Of a stretch of DNA of 64,000 nt, positions 13,779 to 29,200 are shown piece by piece. Both the position numbers and the translations under genes were made by a program. Position 1 is the stretch's first letter, and each line of letters starts with the position of its first letter. This DNA comes from Bugula neritina (taxonomy: Eukaryota; Animalia; Bryozoa), in NCBI GenBank assembly GCA_964035545.1, contig OZ037768.1:868001-932000 (forward strand), written 5' to 3'. The notes under the pieces are model-generated. The model did no database searches, had not been told where the DNA came from, and saw nothing but the letters and a program-made list of their open reading frames with translations.

Positions 13779-15637
13779 CTTAAGTAAGAGGTACATAATA
13801 TATCTCTTACTTAAGATAAAAAGATCTCAAATTATAAGCAATTTGTAGGTGTGTTTTTATCTATTGTATAACTAATAGTAGCATTCATAAGGCACATTTG
13901 CGTTTAAATAACTTGAAGAGATTTTTTCAAAAGTTCCACTCATTTCATTGCAGCACCTCGCTCATTAATACAACAGTTTGAGTATCTCATGTTGCAGTAA
14001 CTAAAGTGTTTAAATTTTAAAAGCGGCTCAAAATTTACTTCCCTGGTAAACTTTATGTTGAAGTTCAAATACACATAATATAAACTCATTTTAAAGTACA
14101 TTATAAGAGTAGTTAATTAAATTGTAATGTCTCTATAAAACTAACAACACTCTCAGCTAACTTACGCAGTTTTAAACCCTCTCATATTGCCTTGCTTTAA
14201 GAATACTAATATTATTATTTTACAGCTCTTTACTGCTGCCTCCAACCAGGATATGAAAACTGGCAGCATTTTAGTTGGCAGCATGTTTTATTAGTCACAG
14301 TATCAGCGTAATTATCAAATTTACAACAAAATCAATATAAGTTTATTGAACAGCACGAACTTTCAAATTAATTTAATTGCTTTTTAATTTGTTAGGAGAA
14401 CACTCACCCAGAAAGTAGAACCAAGACCTTATTTACTGACAAATCAGTGAGTTTTTGCAATAAGATGACGTAAAGCTACATTGTAGCCTTCCATAGTAGA
14501 AAGTATTACAGCTAAAACTACCAACAAGTATGCTTTCAGCTTAGAAGAGCGTATAGCTAGTGTATATAATGATAACTTGGTACGTAGAAAGCTGCAAAGG
14601 TTGAACTTTGTCAACGTCTGCACACAGTAAATGTCAAGCACTTTCTTACCTCTCAGAATTAAAGTGCCAAATGTATGAATTTCAATTATTCACTTAGCAA
14701 CCATTACAAAAGATAAGGTGCATAACTTCAGTTTTCTTTACAGTAGCTGAACTGTAGAGTGATATAAATATTAAATAATGATATAAAACACAATAATTCA
14801 TTAATATATACAAATGTAATCAGTTATACTGAGGTTTCATTGAAAGCAAATTATTTGTTGAAGTTTTTACATATCAGATAAAGAACTGAATTAGATATAT
14901 AAAAACATCAGTAATTCTGAATATATTATATAATTATTGTAGACAGTTAGATTTTTTATCAGGTGGACAAATTAATGTTTCTTGTACATCGGTTTTTGCA
15001 AGTTTTGTTAGCTTAAAATTGATTACCAACGATTGGATTTACATTATCAGCCATACCAGTATTTAACGTAACAATATATACATACCAACTGAAGGCTATG
15101 CCAGCTACACCATAACGCTATAGCTAATACTCACCTAAGCTCATCTGGAAACTAATGCTCCGTGTTTACACAACTATTTATAATCTGTCTAATATTGATG
15201 CCGAATACAATCTTAAGGCAGCAAATGCAATCCAACTCAGCAGTAGTTGTATTTGCTTTCCTAATTTGCTTAATGATATCCCATTAGCTTTTCTTTGACT
15301 TGATAACTAATGCTGATTTTAGATTGACTTCTTAAGTCTGTATTGATTAGCTATTGATATGAATTGAGACTGGTTGTTAGAGGATGAATAGAAATAAACA
15401 AAGGTATGTGGAGATAGTGAAAGCACATGGGAGGGCATCTGTTTGTACACAAGATCAATAGATTGAGATCTTTCTGTGTATCCAAGGAATTAGTAGGATC
15501 TACAATAGTACCCCCCACCCAACATGAATAATATCTGCTAAATACTATAATATATCTGCCTGACTGATGTACAGGTATAAAATACCATTATAGCAGCTTG
15601 TTCTATTTATAGGTGTAGTAATGTTGATTATATAATA

Positions 15638-15835
15638 TAGTGCTCCCTCCATATCTCACTAAGCTGTGGCTCCCAAAACCTCAGTCCGTGACATAGTAAA
15701 ATACTAGATTTAACTCACAGATCTGTTAGATTCCATAAACACATACAAAGCCACAAAAGGGGAGGGGTTGTGAAAAAACTCTTCTCGTGACCTATTGAAT
15801 TTCATGAGAAACAGTGAGATATGGAGGGAGCACTG
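15638..15835. mobile_element. MITE of Tc1/mariner type (about 198 bp, non-autonomous)
   Basis: Perfect 22-bp inverted repeat: AGTGCTCCCTCCATATCTCACT (15639-15660) and AGTGAGATATGGAGGGAGCACT (15813-15834). Terminus (C/T)AGTG...CACTG, TA on both sides, no transposase. Confidence 0.75.
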
Positions 15836-18764
15836 TACTTGCTCTTAACTTGCTGATGTCCTATGAGATCATTGCTCGTACTACATTGATCTCTCAGCTG
15901 TCTTTCAATCAGGAAAGTAGTCGCTTGAAGATCTTGGAAATTATTTATCAAAAACTTGTTGAGAAAAATTATCTAAAAGTAAACCAAAAAGAAGTGTAAA
16001 GTATAGTTATATATCTACAGGCTAGAAGTATCTTTTAGCTACAGCCGGTTTCTTTGATGGCAAAGGTGTGGAACATGGCACTCTGTTCTGTACTGAAGAG
16101 GGGATAAATCCCCAAATAGCTTGGGTTTACAGATATTATATTAAAACATAATCTATGCTAAACAATATCAGCGTATGATATTTGTCATATTATAATAAAT
16201 TATATTATATTATATACATATTGTATCTTCAAAATAATGTATCATGTATTGGCACAGTATATTATGTATTACTATAATATATACTACATTAGTATAATAT
16301 ATATTATATATTACTATACAGCAAGTTTATACAGTGATGGAGGCTATCAAGGAATCAAAAGTAACAAGAGAACACAAATCTTATAAGCAGACATTGATGG
16401 CAAGTTGAATCATAGTTTCTGCTTTAACAATGCATTGTGGTACTCACTGAGTCACACTTATAGCAGCAGCAGCAGCATTAGTTAATGTGGAAGTATTTAG
16501 CATTAGCCACACCAGCAGCTTTACACACACCTCACAGCTGGTGGTGAATTCCAAAGATTTCTCTATGCTTGTTTCATCATAAACAGTCAGTCTGCTTGAC
16601 AATGGCTGTTCACCATAGCTCTAGGACCTAAGTTCATAGTTATCCAGATAGGTTGAGCCTTAGCTGTGGCCTGCCAAGTATATGGTCTAATATCTCTTCA
16701 AATTTTTTATAGCATCTACTAAAATTACACTTGACTTAGCATAGTTACTGTCTGCACTACCTAACCCTGCTCAGCTAGCTAGCTAGATATTTCTATCACA
16801 GCGTGGTTTACATGTAGTAGCTTGAGACTGCCTGTGCACCTGCATTCTTTTTATATAAAAATTCAAACTTTAGCTGTTGGCATTACATTGCTGCCGTTGG
16901 TGCCTCTGCTGCCACAGCTGCTGAGGGTTACTGTATATAGGTTATGCTGAGTGGGTAATAAAGTAAAAATACCATCAACACTATTCAGTAGGTTAATAAT
17001 TCACTCTACTTACATTCCACCAACCCTTATGTATAGCTGAGAGATTTACTAGTTGCTGGTACAAAATATATAATATACTAAATATAATATACTAAATATA
17101 TTCTTACTTGTTATAATATTTATATTATTAATTATGAAATGATTAATTGATTGAGAGTTGTCCCCTATAACAAGATGGCGACAAATACTATATAATATAT
17201 AAAATCAAGTTGAAATGATCCACTAAGAAGCATTAGTTTAACAAAGAAGTATAATGATTTTTCCAAACAAAATAACTGCCTACCTTTACGCCTCAGCCAT
17301 GTCATTATGAGAAATATCTTGTTAGTAGTAAAAGACTAGACTTAGAGATTTAATGGTTTAGTTGAGTCGTTTCAATGCAAAGGTTTCGTGATTATTTTAC
17401 TTTATTTTCACTTGAATAACTTCGTTTTTTTTCAGAAGTCAATTATTGATAATTTGTATTGCAGTATCAGCTAGTAATTGTTGCTAGTGAAACCACTCTT
17501 AAGCTGCCGGAGAGCAACAGAATTTCTCAATTGTTAAGAAATCTATTACATAATATGCATCTTTCATGATGCAACTTTATTTTTATGTTGCCAGTTTTGT
17601 GTCTCTGAATTTGCTGAAACCTGCAAGCAGCTAAAACCGGAAATGAATTAGAGATTATGCAATTGCACACAGAGCACCCTATAACTAAGCCAAAGCGTGC
17701 TACAGAAAGTAGAGCTACTTGTATGCTGCAATAATGAATATACAATCTTCATCTAAGGGTATTATCTCACAGTAATTAGTTCATCACGGAATAATTCTGT
17801 TAGCTAAAGAATTCTTCTAAAAATTACCTACCCTCATGATGCTAATTATAAGCCACATCTTTGTAGGCCGCAGTACGCATCGGGGATAATGATTTAAACA
17901 TCTGCGCTTTTATTGGTTAAATTCATTTGAATCCAAACAGCTAATTGGTCTATCTAATTAGGGTCGTAACAATAATTGTTATTACACGTGGGCTACTGAG
18001 CGACTAGATGTGGAATAGATTATTTATATTGCTATATTATTACTATAGAGGGAACGCTACTAGCGCATTAATGATCTTATTGTATTAAACTAATATAGAT
18101 AGCTCCTAACGCAGCAATACTAACTACTATGTAAATGATAGTGTTACTAAATAGTCGATATTGAAGTATAATATACTTAATACGATATAGAAAGCTTTTA
18201 GTTCTGACATTTGTGCAATTCCCATAAGTTGTGATAAACATTTTTAGTAGAAGGCAACTGCATTAAAAGTGCTGCCAGCTATAACTCAGTCAGCAGTACA
18301 TCGGCAGTGTGCAGCACTCAGTGTGAGCCGACTGTGGAATACTACAATTTCATTAGCACCTTGGATTATATAAGGAATATTGAGCTAACAGAAACTTGGT
18401 AAGTAGCTAGAATTATTCTACTCTATACAGATTATTAGTATTTTACTACTGGCCAACAAGTTGTTGGTCTCACTAAATATAGGAACAGCTACAAACATGG
18501 GAAAGGCTCACTCCTGGATTAATAATCTAGAAAGTTGACATTTTCTGTCAGACAAGGCTTTGCAAGTTGCTTACATCTCAACAATGTTTCCACCTAATAG
18601 TAAACAGGTACCAATTTTATATTTTCATATGAGATACAGTAGCGTTTAGCTCACTTGCCTACTATCAAATATCCAGATGAGTTAGTCTTATAGTTGAGTT
18701 AATGTAAGCTCTGAGTTAGACAGTGATAGTGTACAAAACCTGCCACTAGATGTCTCTGCCCTGC

Positions 18765-18935
18765 TATATACACAAGGCAGCACCATTAGTTATATACACA
18801 AGGCAGCACATTAGTTATATATACAGAAGGCAGCACCATTAGTTATATATACAGAAGGCAGCACCATCAGTTATATACACACGCGACAGCACCATCAGTT
18901 ATATATACACGCAGCAGCACCATTAGTTATATACC
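18765..18935. repeat. ~28-bp tandem repeat
   Basis: Unit GGCAGCACCATTAGTTATATATACAGAA-like, about 6 copies. Confidence 0.85.
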
Positions 18936-19376
18936 TACACACACAACAGCATAGTAATATAGGCAACAGAGTTATTCTGTAACAAAGGTCTTACTCCGTA
19001 GACAGTCTACTATACAGTTGAGTTATAAAATAGGCAAAATAGTCTATTGTTGAAATTGACCTTTGGTTAACCTTTGCAATGAAGAAAAATACACAATCAA
19101 CTCTTCCTGCAAGCATTTTCTCTACAGCTATATTACTTCATCTTATACTAGTAGATATATATTTGGTTTGCTTTCTGAATTAAAGTTCCTAACGTGACTC
19201 ATCTGTGTTTACTGTGAGACAGGATTGTAGTGGTACTGGGTTTACTGTGAGTGGTAGTTGTGGTGGTACTGTGTATACTGTGAGTGGGGGTTGTGGTGGT
19301 ACTGTGTATATTGTGAGTGGGGATTGTGGTGGTACTGTGTATACTGTGATGAGCTCTGCAAGTAGGTTGTGCTGTG

Positions 19377-19607
19377 CTCAGTGACAGGGGAGGCTCAGTG
19401 ACAGGGGAGGCCCAGTGACAGGGGAGGCTCAGTGACAGGGGAGGCCCAGTGGCAGGGGAGGCTCAGTGAGAGGGGAGGCTCAGTGACAGGGGAGGCTCAG
19501 TGACAGGGGAGGCTCAGTGAGAGGGGAGGCTCAGTGACAGGGGAGGCTCAGTGACAGGGGAGCATCAGTGACAGGGGAGGCTCAGTGACAGGGGAAACTC
19601 AGTGACA
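19377..19607. repeat. 17-bp G-rich minisatellite
   Basis: Unit CTCAGTGACAGGGGAGG, about 13 copies. Confidence 0.95.
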
Positions 19608-19998
19608 GCAAGTGATATCAGGCACACCCACTGTCATCCATTCTGTACTGCTGCTTATAACTTTGAAACACCAAAACCATATTCTTTGAGCTGCTTTTTA
19701 ATTGCTGCATAGTCTGCAGTACTTCTGTCTTACTCTGTGTTACTCAACTTTAAACTAGACCTTCTAAGAGACAGTAGACATTAGCATAGTTATTTCCTAT
19801 GCCTCTAAAGGTAGAGAAGTAGATTAAACTTTCTGCTTATTAAAGCATGTCTCTATGCCACACCTCACAAGCTTTGGCCATAGTGAGTTGTAATCGGTTT
19901 GAGATTTCTATAACAGTTTAAAAAATGGGATTGATATATTGGTTGAATATTTTTGCATATTTTAAGCTCTTGTGATGGTGTGTGTCTATAGCTAGAAT

Positions 19999-20222
19999 AT
20001 AGGTAGTACTCATAGGTAGTACTCATAGGTAGTACTCATAGGTAGTACTCATAGGTAGTACTCATAGGTAGTACTCATAGGTAGTACTCATAGGTAGTAC
20101 TCATAGGTAGTACTCATAGGTAGTACTCATAGGTAGTACTCATAGGTAGTACTCATAGGTAGTACTCATAGGTAGTACTCATATGTAGTACTCACAGGTA
20201 GTACTCATAGGTAGTACTCATG
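19999..20222. repeat. 13-bp minisatellite
   Basis: Unit TAGGTAGTACTCA, about 17 copies. Confidence 0.95.
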
Positions 20223-23200
20223 AGTAGTAACAGATTAGTAGTAGATATCACTACCTACTGTAACCTACTACTCACACAAACTGCCGGTGATGAGTACTAC
20301 TATAACCATCTGGGAGCAAGCACTGAAATTAATACTTTGCTTGTTTTGCTGCACACCTTATAGTAAATTACCACATCCAATACAAGGTGCAAAGTAAATA
20401 TTATTAAATAAAATAAATAGCTAGTAGTAATGGTATTAATTACTTTTCACTTTCCCTATGTCTAGCCAAAGTTGTATTGATATTTTACTGACCAGATGCA
20501 TCAATGACTGGCTGCCTTTAAGTAGTTGGATCTAGTCAGCATGCTGCCTTTAAGTAGTTGCCACTAGTCAGCATCTCTCGAAAGGTTATCCATGGATTAC
20601 AATTAAATGTCAGAAATCTACAGCAAGAGTATTGAACAGTTTTTCCTTCCCTGCTGTAAGGTATTATAATTCTAGTTGTAATTAGCATGCGGCCCTCAGT
20701 AGAACATATCCCGCTAATTTGTCGAGAAACTTTTCTTAGAATCGTGTTACTTCCTTTATCTTACTGCCATGTCTGTTTATGGAGTGGCAGAGTAAGTCCT
20801 CGATCTTCAAATTCAACTTTGGAAGTTCATTACAAAACTGGTTCAGCTCCAACTCATTAAATCTGGCTGATCAATTAAAGCAAAGTATATGACAAATTTC
20901 AAGTAGTCTTATGTACCTTAAAATTTTCAGCACAATTTATCCAGTACTGTATTGTGTTTATTTTTAACAACAATACATTTCCTTTGTTAACTCTTTTGAT
21001 GAGCTGGAATTAATGCTAAAAACAAAACCTTCAGGGTATATGATGCAGTGTATCAAACCAATCACTTTCCTAGAAGAAACAATTCTTTATGATGTTGAAG
21101 CAGAATTCTACAATAAACTATCTAAGTTATAGATAGTCTAATAATAGAATAAACTAAGAAAATATTTTGTAGATTTTCTTATTTTTCAGTATTTTTTTCA
21201 GTCAATATAAAATGAAAAATTATATAGTGTTTGGTAAATTTGATTATAATTAGATAGCTAGGAGTTATAGTGTGGACTGCTACAGCCTGCAGTAAAGTAG
21301 TCTTGAATACTTGATGTTATTTCAAGTTACTGCCCACCAACATATTCCTTTCTAAGCAGTTTTCGATTTATCCAGCAAAGATCCACTGCCACCATTTTCA
21401 TCATTCAATGAACTTTCTAACACGTTGTATCTACAGCAGTCTTGAAGTATTTCAGAGTTATGATGGTACAAGACATACTGTATAGCAAGCTATATTTATG
21501 GTCAAACACCACAATAACACAGCAGCAGCATATAATGTTTCTCTAACAGCATACTGCTGCACGTGTCAGGAGATTGTGGACACCCATGGTCTACAGGACT
21601 ACATACCTTTTATTTAGCAGATTTGCTGTTGAGCTAATAGTCTTTCTTTGAAGAAAAAGTATATCCTATTTCAGCCAAACTGTCTCAGTAATTCTGAATT
21701 GGTAATACAATATGCAAATTATTTTGCTGTAACTTTCGCAGTTGATAAATGAAGTACATTATGTTTTTTGAGATTTGTTACTGTACTGAGGTGGATATAC
21801 TGAAGTGAGGTGTAGTTGAAGTTGTGGAGAGATCGTTAAAATTCTTGCCAGGTTATCTTTTATTGGTAGTCAAGATTTCTAATAATGTTAAGATTTTTAA
21901 ATAATATAGGAGAATATTGGCTAGAATTTTCAACACAGCAAAGGCTGTTGCTACAGTCTTCAGTAAGTGGGTCAAGTTGCAGGCAGAGATGCCATTTACA
22001 AGAGAAAACAGTATGAGAAGGCACATGCAGGCACCTGCAGTGAACAAACTGTTAGAAGAGCTTCAGTGCAGGATTTAGCTCTTCCACATCATTGATAACT
22101 GAAAATGCATTATTTTGTACTTAAAGCTTAGCTTTGATGTGATACTTGCAAACTTAAAATAACTTGTTTAAGTCTAATGGAAAAGCAATTTAAGGCCAGC
22201 TTAAAAACGCGGGCTCAATGGAAACAGTGCTACACTAGTTTTAATGGCTGGCAGTCCATTTAGGAGTAGCACTTTGTCTAAGCTATAATATTCTCGACGT
22301 ACAATCTCAGTAAACTGGAATCAAATTTGATTAACTTTTATCAAAAACAGAGTGCAGATATTTTCTTGGATATACTTTTTAGTTAGCATGATACTAAAGC
22401 AACTCCATTCAACATTGAATCAGCAAGTGCAATCCTCCTAGAACACCACTACACATAAATTACTCCTAATTAATTAGCACAGCCACTAGGCTAATCTATA
22501 TAACTCAATATACTCAAATAATTGTATTTCCAGTCACAGCTGAGGGCAATCAATGTCTGTCTTGCTCATAGACCAGCGGGCAATATGCTGGAGGATGGGG
22601 GGGGGGGTTTACACCCAGCCTTTAATGTATACTAGTTCTCAGACAGGCTATTATAATATACATATTTTGTATATCTGTAATTTTTATTAATGTTTGGAGT
22701 TATTCTGCCTATGCTAAACTAGCTAAGTTTAGCTATAACATAGTTGTGAGCTGCATGATAAATATATCTAGGAGTACACGTTGTACTAGACTCTTTATAG
22801 TGCAATGATCTTGTAGATGATATTTATACACTGTTCCAGAGTGTCATCTCTACATTAACTACACACAGCTCTGTCAACTGTGCATTTTGTATTTTTAAAT
22901 GAAATATTTTCTGATATTATCTGCAGCAATCGTAGAATTACACAGAAATTTATGTTGGCAGACCAGACTAGTCAGTAAAGGTGGCTGGATTCCGAACTAT
23001 CCCTGAACTATTTCCTGGATTGTTGCCAACATGTACCTGCTGTAACATGCCAACATCACTATGTACCTGCTGTAACATGCCAACATGTATAACTTGTACA
23101 TCTACACACATTGCTAACGTGTACTAATTGTGTATCTACACACATTGCTAACATGTAATGAACTTGTATATCTATATCTCTGCCATTACATACTTTTGTT

Positions 23201-26200
23201 TGCTAATCCCCACAGCGAATTCTGTTTTACAGCAAGGAATATTATAATGTACAATTATCACATGTGTAGACTGCTTTTATTATGTAGCATAAACTTTGGT
23301 AGCTGAATAATATATAATGCAATCAATATAGACAAACGCTATACTGTTTGACCTCAACGCCAACGAATAAAAATAGACTAATAATTCAGTTAGCTGAGTA
23401 AAAAACACCAGGGTGTTGGCAAGGCAAGGTGTTGGTTAAACCGTAGTGAGCAAGTTTATAGTTTATTGGTTTGGAGTTTACTGGATTAGGAAAAGCATAA
23501 AAGTCAACAAAGTATTAACATAATAATTAAATATGCAAACAAGAACCTGATTTGCTATAATTTGCCCTCTATACCTTATGAAGTCAAGCCACAAAAGAGT
23601 ATGCATTTGGAGTCCAGTTTTTTTAGTACGATCCATACTTAAACATCTTTCTAGTTACATTAAGAAATTAACTTTGCACATGCTGGACTAACTTCTGTAT
23701 TGTTTAGAAAAACTTCAGGGGAATTAAATCTCGCTGGCTTAACAATTTAGCTATAACCACTTTAAAGCTGCAGATTATTATTGGGGGGGGGTGAATTAAG
23801 TTGACAAGCAATAAGTTGTAGCTAGTCTCTAAGAAAAAAAGCTAATTGATGTGGTCCTCGTGCTAGGCTAACTCAAGCAAAGTTATGTGTAATTATTAAC
23901 CTGAGGCTAACATTGGTCTATACTCTATGTTTTATACTCTATGCTCTATATTCTATACTCTATAGTCTATACTCTATATTCTATGCTCTATGGTCTATAG
24001 TGTATACTCTATAGTCTATACTCTATGCTCTATATGCTATACCAAAGAAGCGTTATACTAGTTCTGTATTTAAAAACCTTTATTTAATTACATAATCTAG
24101 CAGAAAACAACAAAAATACAACAACTGCAATGTAAAAAATCTTTCCCACCCCAAAACATTAGCCCCAAATCCATTTCATCAAAACATGTGTGCTTGAAGA
24201 ATCTGAGTTGGACTGACAACAAATAGTATGTATGAATGTGACAACATCAAGCAGGTGCTCTAAGAGTGTCACGAGGGGTAACCTAGTAGCCAGGCTAGCA
24301 ACACTGACACTTGTTGCAGTATAATTGGATTTTAATCATTTTACTTATCATATGAAACACATTTGAGTGAAACTGTGTACATATATATACTAAGAAGCTT
24401 TGTTATAATACAAATGTAAATGTTAGATCTAAGAACAGAACAAAAGCATATATTATTACTGTAAAATGTTTAGAATAAAAAATAGAATCATAAAGCATAA
24501 CAAACAGCTCAGAAGTTAGATTTTACTTTAAAAATTTTGCAGCCAAAACTACTACCATATTTGGTTCAACTGTTTTTACATTAACAAAATATACTTGAAC
24601 AAATTAATAGAATGAAAGTAAATACTGTAAGTTTATGGAAAAACCCCCACAATTTTATCAATAAGTTGCTTTTTACGAAAAAGAGCTTTTATATATTGCG
24701 CAATAAAAGAGGACAGTTACGCTACTAAGAGCTCTCCATTGAATCTATAGTTTGTACAGTACAAAAATTGCTAGCTAAGATATACTTGTTCAGAAAAAGT
24801 TTGGTGAGATGCAGGAAGTTTTGAGGTTGCTGGTCGAATTGTTGCTTATAAGGAATATGAGGCTTGTGTTTTTAGCCATAATTACAAATGAACCAATAAA
24901 CCCTTCATGGCAAATACATTGCAATATAACAATTAACCTGTCAAATACTGGTTGCATCTGCATAAGCTACACTCCCACCTCCTTCCATTAGTGAATCACA
25001 GAGAAACCCTGACTGGCACATTGCAGTGGCAGTTTAAGTCATATCTTAGTGTAAGTTATATCTCAGTAGTATATACAAACTAAAGAGGCTGTAACTAACC
25101 GTCAGCATATTCTTGGCTTTAATTGTGACATCAAGTTGATTATTTAGGATGCATCTTTGTGATGATATACTAGCTTTGAGCTCTATTTGTGAATTTTGCA
25201 AACACTTTTTTATAAATAAAAGCTATTGCTTCTTTATTTTGATTTAGATTGAAATATAGCGTCACCATGATGACAACGAAGTAATATGCATGCATTGCAC
25301 AACTTGCATATTAATGCATAATTTGCAAGATACATGCCACTATTATGAAATTGTCTACCCGTCATAAGCACATTCTGAGAATAAGACAACTCAGAACATT
25401 CATTTGCATTTGAGATTTACCAGGTATGTAACTAGACAATGGCAATGAGTGTCATAAGCGCTGGACAAAACAAAATTGGAATCATTATCACTTGCAGCAA
25501 AAAATAACAGAGTGTATTATTATCATCACTATAATTTCAATATTAATAAAATATTTTGCAAATAGTTATGGATTTAAGGATTAATTTAGTCGAACTTTAT
25601 ACTAATTTTTAAACCATTAAAGTGCATTTGCTGGCTTTGAAGATACAAAAACACATTGGCATATCTTTTGACACAATAATATGCCAAATTTCATTTTCTG
25701 AAGTATGTATGACCTAGGATAGTCAGCTTTCTAACCATTACAAATTTACTAAATTTGTAAATTCTAATTAAAAACTGTCCTTCAGCTTTGACAGTACACA
25801 GGTTTACTTGAGCAATGTTTTCTGTAACATCAATTGACTTAGATTTCAAGGTTACAATTGAATAACAGTTATAATGAGATTTGCTTGATAGGTGATGGGT
25901 TAGTGTAACAAAAGCTATAATTTAATGGCCAGCAAATTTGTTGCATAATGTCAATATTTACTAGGTGAACTTGTAAAGATGAAAATATGAAATGCTTTCA
26001 GTTAAAAATTTGTCAACTGAAAGCATTTATTTACTATATCACTGGAGATGTGAACAAATATTTTTTGTAATAAGTATATAAGTTGCACTGTTTGTCATAT
26101 TATTTAAAATTATTTCATCAATTTCATTATAGGTTAGCTACACAAAATTATCAATGTATTCATAAATAACCAATTCAAAATTTTATGTTTTTTCAACCAT

Positions 26201-29200
26201 ATAGTGATATATGACTTTTCAACCATAAATACATTTAATTTTATAATGGTATTAAAAATGTTGAATTGGCCATTACATTAAACTAAAAAATATAAATAAA
26301 ATATATATTATTATATTTAACTTCAAATCCTATATTGGAATTAAATTTGCAAATATTAAAATTATCACCCACTAAGTCTAACTCTAAATCATTGTGTTTA
26401 ATTGACAAGTTAATGTTAACGGTAACTTTAGGATTTGAACATCTTCTCTAGCATGTAGCAAGAGGCGCATCTCTGCAGTTATTGTATACAGGCTAGCAAA
26501 TGTTTTTAGTGTGCTGCACTCTGTTTTTTGAAAGGAAACTGTTAGTGTTAGTGTTCCTGTTAGGTTGCTGATTTTGTAAAAATGGTTAAGCCTAAGGAGT
26601 CTCCCCTGCATGATACCCTGGTGAATTTAGTATTTTGGGTCTTGGTGTTCATTAGTTTATCGCAGGAGTTCGCTGGAGATGCATGATTTTCCCTATTATG
26701 ATTAAGAGAAGTCTCAATAAGAACTATAACTATAACTCCAAGTATAACTATAAGTGTAGGTGTAAGTTAAAGTTATGCATCATTTTGTATTCAATGAAAA
26801 GTATAATTGCAGTAATTATAAATAGAAAATTTTTGCCTCTATTAGTATGATAAGTCTTAGTTATACTTATAGTAACAATGATATTTATATAGCCGTTGTG
26901 ATAGTCATAATGATAATGATATTGATACTGAGAGTAGTAATTGTAAACCTAAGTTAATTAAATTTAAATGTAGGATATATGACGAATAAATTATATAACT
27001 ATCCAACAGGCGCGCGAGTAACGGACAACTCAATATAACATTATTAGCTAGCTGATAATGCGGAAAAAAGTCGCGTTCTTGACTTGTGCTCTGTTAATTA
27101 GAACAACAAGGCGCACATGTCATGTTTCGGTTTCCACAGTACAAGCCCATGCTACTGCGCGTAGTGCTATGCGGTAGCAATTCGCTAGTGTGAAAAGACA
27201 AGTTTTAGAGGCTTAAATTTTATTTATGTAGGTACAGTTTGCATATTTAGAATTTAGTTTAATATGCAGTATAAAAATAACTTTTTGTTTGTGTAAATAC
27301 TTACCTTCTGCCTTTTTCACTAATATTTCACGTTTCTTATTTTGATTTTCGGCAACAGCTAAGTTAAACTTAAAGTTTTAAAGTTAGACTACTCATTAAT
27401 AATTATTGTTATATTTTCCTTCAATTTTCTACCATACCTCAGTGATAGTTTGATATACATACAATGGCTTTCTCACTGAAACATAGCTTATTATCATTAC
27501 CATTATCTCTGCAAGTGCATATGACTTTAAATTAATAAGAGTAAGAGTAACCTCTTAAAGTTAAAGTTAAGGTCTTAGCTAAGAAAAAGATTAAATTTAA
27601 TCATCATCATGATCATAACTATCACTATATAGCATTAGATAAATGGACAACCACTACAGTTTTCTTTATTTTTAAGCTTAATTAATATAAATTGGTAATT
27701 TTACAGTATCAGTATGCTTACTTAGCAAGGCGTTGAAAGATATTTACCTTTTCCAATACTCATACTGAATACAGCTCTAACTAACTACTAAGAGTGACTT
27801 TGAAACTCATGTATCATGTATTCATGCTGAACATGAACTCTTTAATAAAATTAAAGACTCAAACTCAAAGCAATATTTAGGCAGAATAAACAATGAATGC
27901 ATTTAGTGTTTGCTAACTATGACTATAACCTAACTTACTTGAGTCAAATTATTTTTATTATGTAAGTTATAAGTATAATTTCTGTGATTCATATTTATAC
28001 AATTTAGTTATTGAACGTTAGTTTTTTTCAACTCACTGAATACTGTTGGTGTTACTAAATAATATTGCAGTAAGCACAATTAATGGCCATAGAACATTTC
28101 AGTCTCCCACTCAATTAAAAACAATAGATTAGAGCACAATTTTCTAGCAATAAGTCAAAACCATTTAAAGTTTCATTACAAGAATATTAGTTATTTAATA
28201 CTATGCACTAAAATAGGCTAAAACTTAGATGTCTTCACCCTAAACTCAACTATGTAGTATTAAACCTTATAATTGTACTAGTAATGTCAAGCTTTTTCAG
28301 TTAGAGTGTTAGACTTTACCATCAAGTTGCAACTTATTAAAATTGGTTAAAAGCCTTGCATTCAGCAATAACTGAATATAGAGTGTATTATATATATAAC
28401 AGTTACAAAACAAAGAGTGTCTAGTTATCTACCTTAGGACTCAACAACTCGTGGTGATTGTAGCACTCATATTCAACTAGCAATCGGCATGAGTCAGTTA
28501 TGATTTCTAATCTTGGATAGTTGCAAGTTTTTACGCAATATCTGTCTCAGGATAAATACTGTCTTCCGTCATGCAATCTGGTAAGTTTGTCTTACAAATT
28601 GCTTCACCTAAAGTGTGCCAATTTTGTTCTAATTGCATCTTTTGTATAAATTGCAATAAATATGAAATCTGTGACAATGAAAAGAGCTGGTTAAGCACAT
28701 TTTTATCAGCTGCATAGGACATGCTCAGTAGAAGCAGGCTAATTTTAGTCTCTGTCCAAAATATCACAAGAATGTCCACAGCTTTGAGTTAAACAAACAT
28801 GTAGATTGTCGGGTGTGGGATAGCTGCAGCTGCATTTGCATAACCATGATCCAGATTTTTCGGTCAGTATTGCACCCATTAGGCATTCTTTGATTTTAGA
28901 TAATAATATTACCTCTTTTCAATAGCTATTTGAGAGAGATGAGGCTTCAATTGAAGAAAAGAATCATTCTGTTTTAAACTACATACAATATAGACACATT
29001 GTTATCGTAGCATCTCTTGTGACATACCTACTACCACCCATACCTGCCTTTTAGTGAAGCTTCTTTTAATTCTTAACAAAAATCCGTGTCTGGGTGAATG
29101 ATGCTATACTGCAGAGTCTCATATTCACATAAAATGCAATAAATCTATTTTTAAATAAATTTTTATATCAGCTGATTTCTGTCCAATAACTCATTCCTTG

